In this document: in pieces, positions 1 to 9,780 of the stretch
How the letters are laid out: the number at the start of each line of letters is the position of its first letter
How positions within the stretch are numbered: the stretch's first letter is position 1
Origin: Psammoneis japonica
Taxonomy: Eukaryota
Assembly (NCBI GenBank): GCA_008632985.1
Contig: QPGO01000103.1
Coordinates: 245,718-265,717, forward strand
DNA length: 20,000 bases
Direction of reading: 5' to 3'
The notes under the pieces: model-generated
What the model was told of the DNA's origin: nothing
Databases searched by the model: none
What the model saw: the letters and a program-made list of their open reading frames with translations, nothing else
Position numbers and translations under genes: made by a program

Positions 1-47
1 AAGAAATGCCAGGAGTCACATGTGGACAGGATTCTACAGACATTTTT

Positions 48-79
48 CGTTCTGGGTGGGCATCGCCGGATCCATGTCA
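48..79 (+). repeat. Left terminal inverted repeat of the MULE
   Basis: cgttctgggtgggcatcgccggatccatgtca is the reverse complement of 3580-3611 apart from one CpG/TpG difference. Confidence 0.85.
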
Positions 80-281
80 GCATTCCTGTCTGTCTGCCCG
101 GCGGAATCAACACCCACAGATGCAAGCAAGAACATGATTTGAATTCAAATGGGTCGCTGCCCTGTCAGTTGGCTGCGGTCAGCATCGCCTGCCCATCTCA
201 TCTGATTTCCAATTGTGTTGTTGCGCTGTCATTCATCTGGGTCCGTCGCTTCAGTTCTTTCAATCTAACAACCATGCGACC

Positions 282-3200
282 ATGTCTGGTGCCCCACTCC
301 CTGTCGACGTTGTAGATGATGGCTTGCATGATGACAATGATGACAATGACAAGAACGCAGGAACAGCTTTCAATGACAGTGAGTCTCACAATGATGCAAT
401 TGTGCAAGAAGCAGAGCCACCACCTGTTGATGTGTGCCATGCATTGGACATCCTTGACACTGTCTTTTGTGGTCTTGACGATGATTGGTGCACTCCCATG
501 ATGTTTCCCGTCAATGTCGTCCATTCGAAAGAGGTTCCACCGTCTCTTTTCATGGATGCCAACATCACCGAGTGCCTGGGCAAAGATGGGCCTGGCAGTG
601 TGCTTCATTGACATGTGCACGTCTGCTTTGACACAACGAGGTGTCCCCCACTGCCCGCTGCTGCAAAGCCATTCTCCAAGGATGACACGAGTTGCGCAGC
701 TTTGTTGCAGGACTTCCACCAATGTGCTGCAAGCAATGGGTTCGAGGCAATTTCCAATGGCAATGGCCGCATTGTCTGTTCCTGCTTTCTGACGCATTGT
801 CATAAACCCGAACAACGTGACCCAACAGCTCCGGCCACCTCCTGTCGGAAAACTTCCCTTCATGATGATCGCCGTCGGAACAATCGCAAACAAGGCCACA
901 AGAATCATCCTCGACGACAGCAGACATCCAAGGCACCAAATGTTGAGGACACATGTGGTTGGAACATTTGCATCCAAGCCAATGCTTTTGGCTGTTTCTT
1001 CAAGTGTGGCACTGGGTGTGGCTTTCATTGCAACCACCACAAACGACTTCCTGATGAAATCCAGCAGAAGATTCGTCACCTAAATTCATCCACCACATTG
1101 TCCATGAAGCGCATGAGAAAGGGACGCTTGGGGGCTGGCCATGTGCGCAAACACATTCTCGCCAACAAGGATCACTTTCTGTCCAGGTCGCAGGTTCGTC
1201 GCGTCATGCAAAAGGCGGATCAGGAACAGTTGACCCCATTCTCACCACCCTCCGAAAATGCTGATTTGGATGATGGCATCTTGGAGCTGCAGAAGTTCTT
1301 TCAGAGTCGAGAAGACGTGGAACACTCTGCACTGGCAAGTGGAGCCAATGCTGTGCAGACCCCCACCCAAGAAAGAAACCTGCATTTCCAGTCTTCATTG
1401 CTTTTCAATGAAGCTTGCGTTGATGGAGAAAGGGAGATTCAGAACCTCGAGGAACTTTGTTCCGAGGTTGTTGACCAGTGCAGGCGTGAGAGGGAAGCGG
1501 CGCAGCTTGGTCCTGATGACAACCTGTTCATTGGTGCTGCATGGACACTCAAGGGCGAGAAACGATTGTTTCGCCAAATGCCACATGTGATCAAAGTGGA
1601 CGTAACGTCTCACACAAACAATGAGAAACGGCCTTGCCTGACTTTCTCCACCCGTGCGCCAGATGGGTCTCACTTTGTTTTCCTGCAAATCCATCTTCCA
1701 GATCAAACACAGGGGACGTTTCGGTGGGCATTTCATGTTGCACTGCCCACTCTACTTGATCAAGCATCAATCCAGCAAATCAAGCTTGCGTTGACAGATG
1801 GAGACTCTCAAGAAATCTGCGAGTTGCGCAGTGCCATTCAAGTCTACATGCCCGACGTCTTCCAAGGCCGTTGTGGCTGGCACATTGTGGAAAAGGGATG
1901 GTTGCGTCACTGCCCTGGTGAGAGCTGTGTGTCTCCAGGGCAGAAGCATGAGACCCACAAGCATTTCGTCGCTGCAGTCAAAGCCTGGCTTCATTCATTC
2001 ATGCACCCGGGTGGTTGCGAGAATGAAGATGAACTCAAGGTCTCCAAGTCATTGCTCATCATGTTTCTGCATTCCCCAAGAGTTCTCCAGACATGCGATG
2101 GCAATGAGTCCACTGTGCAGAGAATCATTGCCTTCATCCGAAATGAGGTGTTTGCATGGGAGCGGCATCATGCCTGTCACCTCAAGAAATTCATTCGTCA
2201 CTACGAGGAAGCAAACAATTCAAGTCATGAGGGAACCAACAATGGGATGAAGAACCATTCTGCCCCTGTGCTGCCCTCACAGAATTTAGCCACCAGCGCC
2301 ATCAACTTCGCCATGCAATCCGACGTGAAGGTTGCCGAGTCACACACTGAAAGCAACGGCATGGCCACAACAAAATGTCTCTGGTCCACCTGAGAAGGTG
2401 CCAAGGAGTGCAAGAGACTGCACACCTCGTCACGAGAAGACAAAGCACATCCTGGCAAGGGGACCGGCAACGACAGGGAGGTCGTGGGTGGACTCAGTTC
2501 TACTTCTGCACGTGATGCAGTCCTTGAGCCACTGGCACAAGCCGCCGAGGTTCTGTCAAACCAGCAAGTGGTGGAGAAGTCAACAGGGAGGTCATGGGTG
2601 GACTCGGTTCTACTTCTACATGCGATGCAGTCCTCGAGCCACCAGCACGAGCCGCCGAGCATTCTGTCACACCAGCAAGTGGTGGAGAAGTCAACAGGGA
2701 GGTTGTGGGTGGACTCGGCTCTACTTCTACATGCGATGTAGTCCTCGAGCCACCAGCATGAGCCGTCGAGCGTTCTGTCACACCAGCAAGTGGTGGAGAA
2801 GTCAACAGGGAGGTCGTGGGTTGACTGGGTTCCACTTCTGCACGCGATGCAGTCCTCGAGCCACCAGCACGAGCCGCCGAGCGTTCCATCACACCAGCAA
2901 GTGGTGGAGAAGTCAACAGGGAGGTCGTGGGTGGACTCGGTTCTACAATCGGCGGAAGTGGAACTCGGTGTGGTGACTCCGCCAGGCGAAAATGGTTTGG
3001 AGTGAAAAAAGAACCGAAAACAGCAGAGAGACTGCTTTTGACACCGGCAAAAAAACTTGACACAACCGAATTGGTTTGTGGAGTGCTCTCTCTCTTGGCA
3101 CGATGACGGCGACGGTGCTTCCTCTTGCCCTGACTCTTCAAACAGGAGCGTTCGTGGCGTTTGCGGTGGCAACGCAAGCTGTTGCTGCAAGACTCCAATC

Positions 3201-3398
3201 CGTCTTGATTTCCTCTTTTCGGCTGGGAAAAACAACAAGCACAGTGTGAGAGACTGCAAAATGATGGCACAAAAGGGGAGAAGCACAAAAGGGGAGAACA
3301 AGCCATGCAGCAATGCTTGCGGGGTTGGGTGGCTTCATCGTTGGATGAACAACGTCGTTTGCAAAACAACATTGTGCGTGCGATGTGTGCAAAAGTGA
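282..3398 (+). pseudogene. MULE transposase pseudogene (N-terminal WRKY/FAR1-like Zn-finger candidate, DDE core, 37-aa repeats, C-terminal Cys-rich tail)
   Basis: ATG at 282 is in frame with ORFs 213..611 and 615..2393, which are interrupted by in-frame TGA at 609-611 and 2391-2393. MULE motifs: first Asp in KVDVTSHTN (~1600), second Asp in LTDGD (~1795-1805), CGWH = CxxH (~1872-1883) and catalytic Glu in NSSHEGTN (~2229). CGWNI...HCNHH resembles the WRKY/GCM1-type DNA-binding domain. Frameshifts follow 2393, and the Cys-rich tail is in ORF 3057..3398. Confidence 0.8.
2473..2946 (+). repeat. 111-bp (37-codon) tandem repeat, ~4.3 copies, inside the transposase
   Basis: Units beginning acagggaggt start at 2473, 2583, 2694, 2805 and 2916 (spacings 110, 111, 111, 111). 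Unit 1 lacks one base. The consensus is open in one frame (REVVGGLGSTS.RD.VLEPPARAAERS.TPASGGEVN). Confidence 0.95.
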
Positions 3399-3579
3399 AG
3401 TGAGGAGATGGAGGAATTCAAATTTTCTTCCAAATGCCGGTCATTGAGAATTTCGAACAATGACTTTGCAACGGTTTTTACGATCATTCCCACACGAGGG
3501 TAAACACAAAGAGGATTGGCCTGTTCGCGCTGAAGTTGTCAACAAGCAAACTGACAACAACAGGCTCACTTGACGCACG

Positions 3580-3611
3580 TGACGTGGATCCGGCGATGCC
3601 CACCCAGAACG
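3580..3611 (-). repeat. Right terminal inverted repeat of the MULE
   Basis: tgacgtggatccggcgatgcccacccagaacg reverse-complements to 48-79 with 1 mismatch. Confidence 0.85.
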
Positions 3612-4148
3612 GCACATGGCACTCCAAGTGGAGTCATTTGATCAAGAACCCACATCACAACATTTGGGTGGTTTGCCGGGTGTGGGTCAGGTGGAACTCT
3701 CTTTGGAGGCTGCTTGATTTCTGTTGCACTGCAAATGTCATTTGCTGTGATTGCAAATGTCCCCAATGTCCACAGGCTCAAGTTCAAGAAATGCACAGGC
3801 TGGCATGAAGGGCCGCCACGTGAGTCCCATTTTGTGAATGTGGGTTGGCCTGCGCGTCTTTTTGCTGTCTTTTCTACGTGTGTTTAAGTGCTGAAACTAC
3901 GTGCAATCTGAGAATTTCATTTCTACCTCCCAACAGGAATCACTCGGCTCTCAGAGTCATTGCGTAGAAGTTGTGTAGAAGAGCACCAGAAATGTTTGTT
4001 GTCAGTCTGTCCACCCGTCCGTGTTCGAATGCCAACTCCTCGGGAAATCAATTGAGGTGTCATCTGATCAAGGGTGCTGCTCTTCACCATCTAACACCCT
4101 TGGTCAGATGACATTTCAATTGAGTTCCCGAAAAGTCAGTGGCCCCAA

Positions 4149-4923
4149 TCACCCTCTCGTATGACATTGTGTACATTTCCACACAATTTGGCATTTTTCC
4201 TTGTGCAAAATGCCGGTTGTGACTCTTGTGACATTTTCGAATGATTCCTGTTGAACACTGAAGCGAGAGGTGTTTCTCTTGCCATGACAACTGTGCCGGC
4301 AGCTGAGTCGTCTGAAGAACATGATGGTTTCAAAGAACACGATGACATTGTGAATTGCAACTCTAGATGCAATGTCGCCAATTGCGGTGGCAGTTGAAAA
4401 AAACAATGCCGCTGCAATCGCAATCACCACAAAACAGTTTGTTCCATTCTGAAGCGGCACCCACCTTGTTGCATGACTTCACGGCAGATTGTGCAATGTG
4501 CAAGCATCAACAGATTCAACAAGGGAATCACACAAACCATGCGCCGACAAGTCCATCCGGAATGACTCAATTTGAATGTGGGCTTGAGATTCGGGAGCAT
4601 CGGGATCCGATTCAAATTTCCACTGAACAACAGTGCCTTTCATTGTTGTTGGACTTTCTGTGAATTGCAACCAAGCCCTTGGATCCAGACCCCTTCTGAA
4701 TTGCATCCAATGTCCCACTTTTGGCTGTTCTGCCTCGAAAGCCGCCACTCTGGAGCACACGATGAATGTCTCCTGCATTTGGCCATCAGCCTTTTTCCAT
4801 CAGAGCTCACCAAGACGTGTGCTGTCAAAAGAATGAGAGCATTGTTGACTCTCTTTTTAACAGGACAGCCACTTTTTTCTTTCCTGTGGTGCTGCTCTTT
4901 TTCTTGCTGCTCGTAGATGCCAT
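4149..4923 (-). pseudogene. Decayed small ORF of unknown function (Lys-rich N-terminus, hydrophobic C-terminal segment)
   Basis: MASTSSKKKSSTTGKKK... starts at 4923. After a frameshift near 4825 one frame continues through ORFs 4479..4778 and 4149..4460, interrupted only by TGA stops (~4800, ~4479). It is nearly Tyr-free and His/Cys-rich. No family recognised. Confidence 0.4.
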
Positions 4924-5339
4924 GGCTGCACGAACTACGATGACGGTTGGATGATGTTGGTGTGAGAAAATTGGAAACTCAAATGACGAGCACTGAATCA
5001 CGTAGAAACACACGCACCTTGTCAACGCTTGGCAAGGTCGGCCATGGCAAAAAAGAGATGGCATTTTCACAACAATGGAAGGCGGGGCATCGGTCGCCGA
5101 TGGCATGTTCGAGCCTTTAGAGCATCAAAAGGGACCAATGCAATCATCGGCTTCCGATGCCCCACCTTCCATTGTGCTCAAAATCGCGACGGCGTGATGA
5201 CGCCATTTTGCCGTGCTGTGTTGCGGTGAAAAACACTTGAAGGGTCACGAAAATCCACCATCTGACGGACAGATGATGGACCAAACATTTGCGAAAAAGG
5301 TTGCAAATCGGCACACACAAAATCATTTTAGGATGTGGT

Positions 5340-8300
5340 TGTCAATCATTTTTCTGTTGAGATGACATGCCAGCCTGTCTCTTGAACTTGAGCCTGTGCA
5401 ATGTCAACCTCAGTCCATTGAGAGCAGCCTCAGTGTCAGGCCTTGCACTTGAGCTCCTCAGGAATGGAGGACCTTGTCTTTGTCTTCAATGTTGGGTTGG
5501 TGAAGGAGTTGACAGAGAGGCGTTGCACTTTTGTGGCAGAAAGGACTGCAGCTGATCCATTGAAAAGTCCTCCAACTCCTCATGGATGTGTGGCATGTCC
5601 AAACTTCTAGCACAAATGGGTTGAAATTTCAATTTGAACAAGTGCAAGCTTCCAGAGGCACAATGAAGATGGAGGAATGACTCCTGATGAGAAAACCTTG
5701 CCTTTTGCAAAAATTCTTGGAGAAACTTGCCTTGCAAAGTCGTTGAACTTGCACCCATTAAAGTCATTTCATTTGCATGTGTTGACTGATCAAGTCAGTA
5801 AAATCTTCAGTGGATGTTGGCCAAAACATGATGTGGTTGGAGAGTTTGGTTGTTGCTGTGGTTTTGTTGTGCAGTTGATGGAGACATTGTGCAGTTGCAG
5901 CTGCAATGGATTGACAGACAGGCCTTGTTGAGTTGTGGTTGCGCCTTGCCATGCCAGGTGAAGCTGGTGGCCTCTCCAAGTGGCTCTGGGCAGAGCCCAG
6001 CACAAGCAAAAAAGTTTTTCACAACAACAACCAATGGCAACAGTGGCGCCAATGCATTGGCAAGAGTTTTGAGTTTTGAGCTCATTTTGTTGGGTTCCAG
6101 ATGGGGAAGGATGATGGCAAACAATCAAAAGCAGTGCACTCATTTGAAAACCACACATGTTTGTGCACACAAAGCCAACAAACACACGCCAATGTTGTTG
6201 CACCCCACAACACATTGTGTGCATGCTTCACTCTGTTGTTGATTTTCAATTTCAGTTTCAAGTGATCCAGCACACAACAAAAAAAGTGATTTTGCATGAA
6301 CGGCGCAACAAAGGTTGATCACCAACATGGGGGCACAAAGCAAATTGCCATCTTTTGCTCCAAGAGTCCCTCCATTTTGATGCTGTCCTTGCCGCCTTCT
6401 GTCATCCCTGTCTGCCTTGCCAAAGCCATTGTTGAGCTCCTTCTCCGGCAAGTCTTCCATGTGATCCTTGTCTTTGGCTGAGTCAAAAGAAATGTGCAAA
6501 AATGTCTTGGGTTGATGTGCTGCTTCTTTGACTCACTTGATTTTGTGGCCATTTGCATCAGCAGGATTCTCCAGGCATGTCTGTCTCTTTTGTTCCTTGG
6601 CCTGCTTTTGCAATCATTGCCACTGCAGAGCAATCTGTGCTGTTTGTTCAGCCTGGGGATGCAAGCCCCAATGCATGAAAGTTGACAAAATCCTTGGCCA
6701 GTGTTGTTGCATGTGCCTTGCCAATGCTGCAGAGTTCATCAGGCAGACAGGCTCCAAACCCATTGTGGCAGAGAGGAGCTCTGACAGCTGGCTTCTTTCA
6801 CAGAATCATGAACACCTTTTCACAAAAGCCCTTGGCAATCATGGGTTTTATTTGGCTCCATGTCCAACCAAATTCTCCTGGCAGATTGATGGTCATTGAC
6901 TGGTGGGGCAATCTTTCTCTGGAGGGCACACATGAGCCACTTGCAGTGGGAGGAGAAATGCCAAAGTTTTCCATTTTCCAGTCATCATCCACATTGGCAA
7001 TGAACCCCACCTTGTGACTTAGACTGTGACGGCACTCATGGAGCACATCTGTGGCACAATCAAGTTGAAAATGACCCCACCTTGTTGGCTGTCATTTGTG
7101 ACAGAAAGCATCAACTCAGCTGTGCACAAAACAACAACAAGAGTGGCATTTCCAGCTGCAGCTGCAATTGTCTGCCAGAGAAGCAGTTTGTTGCTGGTGG
7201 CCTTGGGAGGCACTGCCTGCCAGCGGGTCTGCAGCGGTGTTCCTGCAGCTGCAGCACCAGGCTGCCAGGCAACTGCCAGCATGCCCTTGTCAGCAACAGC
7301 TCAGGCTGCATTGACACCAGCCAGGCAGTGTTGCTTGCACAAAATCCAATGCTTGCCTCCTTTGCCTTGACCATGGGGCTGATGACTTTTTGTCAGAGGG
7401 CTTGGAAACCCTCAACAGCTTTTGGGGCATGCCCATTTTGTGTTTGGCTGCGATCCGATTTCCATGTTGCAACATGGCTGACAAATTCGGACAGCTGCAC
7501 ACATGGCACCCCTCTTGGTCCAGCTTTGTCAAGACAGGTCCTCTCTGCTTGCCCAAGGAATGATTGCATTTGCCAAATCTTGGGATCAGTTTTTTTTTAT
7601 TGGAGAGTGGACAACCATCCAAGTTGCACTTGGTGGCAACAAAGAGACCAGCACACCAATGCAATTGTGCTCTCTGTCAGTTTGCGCATTTCTTCTGAGT
7701 GCAGCCATGATTTGCTCACACTCCTTCTCTTGCCAGAGCTCATGTTGTGACACATGCCAACCCCCTTGACAATGGACCCACACCAGCTGTGCACAAAGCA
7801 CTCTGGTCACACAAGAAATGGCTTTGCTTCCAAGTCAAAAAGTGCATTTTGAGCATTGCTTTGTGCAACTTTTTGCCCTTTTCACATCCAACACTGTTTG
7901 AAAGAATCTTTCCACAAAATCCCAGGCACCTGAAATGAAAGAAGGCATGGTCAATGCAAGAAAACCTGTGGCACATGTCAGGTCAACCCACTTTTTCATT
8001 GATGGCACATTCTGGACATCCAGAAAGGCTCTGCATGAGCCAAGTTTTTTTCTGCCAGCACTTCCAAGTGCCACATTTTGACATTGCCCACTTCCTTGTT
8101 GCTGATCAACCACAAAAAAAAAGCAAATGCAAAACAAAGTCATGTCTGGCAACTTGCAAGGTTTTGCCAGAAGCAACCCATGCACCACCCAAAAAGCCAA
8201 CAAAGGCCCCTTTGTGGCTGACTTTCTCATTTTCACAGTCTGCACACAGAAGAGCAAGAGCTGCTTTTTCTGCTTCTGCATGATCACAAGGTAACTCAGG

Positions 8301-9780
8301 AGATGAAGTCAAGCAAGATTTTCACACAAGATCAACACAGAGTCAGGTTTGTGTCTGTGCTTGCCCCGGCCGTCTGCTTTGCCAAAGCAACCAACCACAG
8401 GTTGCTTTCCTTCCATCATCAAACAACTCCAATTCCAGCCTTTGTCTTTCCAGCATCTGTGCTCCACTTCCTGAGCAAAATTGCACAAGTCAAGCCAAAT
8501 TGATTGTGTGGCATGTGGGTGACTGCATGCCCTCATGAGAATTTTGTGACTGAAAAGGTCCTTGGCATGTGGTTTTGAGCTGTTTGAACAACTCATCCAA
8601 CTTTCACTGCACCCACTGCTGGCATTTGTTCTCACATTCTGAATTCACAAAACACTCACACTCTGCCCACCTTCAAACAAGACAAAGTGGACTCACACAA
8701 TCACTGCCTCATTGAACATTTCCAATTTTGTGAGCACATGGGTGCTTTGATGCAGAGCTCTTGTGCCATCTCAAATCCTCTTTGAGACATTTCCAAGTTG
8801 CTCTCAATTTTCCCCTCCAACCAATTGCAGGTCAACAAGTCCTGCTGAACACAAATTTGTGCTCTGTGTCAGTCTCAATTTGTCCATTTTCAGCACATTT
8901 GACCTTGCTGTCATGTCTGGATCTTTGTGCTTGTTGCAGCCAACAATGATTTTTTCTTGAATTTGCCTCAGATCCTGACACCCAACAAGCAGATGAGCAA
9001 CCCCTGCTTTTTTGCTGACTCTGCTGAAATCTGAGATTGGCCACTTTTGACCTCAAATCCCCGGGAAATGATTGGCGCATGGTGCCAGAGATGTGCACAT
9101 CACACCATCAGACAACACAGCACTCTTGCCAATGTCAAAGTTGCCAGAAATGGCTTGTCTGGGCACTGTGGGTGTCTCAGATGGAAAGTTGCAGGAGAGC
9201 CTTTGAGTGTTGGCTGGTTGATCATTTGCCATCTTCTGCAGTTTTTGTGACCAAGTCATTTTGCTGCATCTTTGGCAAGGTCATCCAGCCAAGCTGAGCA
9301 AAAGCAGCAGCCAGTGTTGCTCTGGTCTCTTGGAGGTGTCTTCAATGTTGAGTGCAGATGGCCCCAGCTTCCAGCTTGCTCCTGCATGGTTCTTGGCATG
9401 CTGCAGCAATGAGCTGTCTAGAGCGCAGCATGCCAACTTCTTGTTGGAACCTTGTCCAAGCCCATCATCCCCAACACCCATGAGATTGTTGCCTTTGGTC
9501 TTTGCTCAGTGTCTGGCTCACTCTGTTGCCATGATCACAGTGCTGCACCAGCTGGCGCTGCAAGGAGTGCTTGTTGTGAGTGTTGCATGCTGCAGAAATG
9601 CTGGGGGTGGGAAGTTCCTTTCTCAGCTGCTGAAATGAAGAGCTTGGGGGTGGTGCTGTTTGTGTTCAGCCATTCTCCAAAACTGACCAGTTTGGTCTGT
9701 GCAAAGTGTCCCAATGCATTTGTTCTGGTCTGCTCTGAAGACACTTTTGTTCTTGTGATCCTCATCTTTTCTGGAAATCT
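5340..9780. other. Heavily hypermutated domain (TpA and CpG both almost absent); unidentifiable coding/TE relics
   Basis: By eye only about ten TA dinucleotides and few CG in ~4.4 kb, with strong TG/CA excess. Many overlapping short C/H/Q/W-rich ORFs occur in all frames. Confidence 0.8.

Larger units (their letters stand above)
48..3611 (+). mobile_element. Mutator-like (MULE/MuDR superfamily) DNA transposon, ~3.56 kb, degenerate
   Basis: Bounded by a 32-bp inverted repeat (48-79 vs 3580-3611, 31/32 identical) and contains a MULE-type DDE transposase frame. I could not see a matching target-site duplication. Confidence 0.85.

Noticed and set aside
609..611. In-frame TGA codons as Trp/Sec recoding or an alternative genetic code
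   Set aside because: Neighbouring intact genes have no in-frame TGA and the AAA gene ends in TGA. CGA->TGA decay is the simpler explanation.
2473..2946. Repeat array as a possible CRISPR
   Set aside because: Units are contiguous 111-bp near-identical copies with no unique spacers, inside a transposase frame in eukaryotic DNA.
2225..3372. Long minus-strand ORFs 2225..3313 and 2500..3372 (likewise 198..1079)
   Set aside because: Antisense shadows of the transposase and its repeat, kept open by TA depletion.
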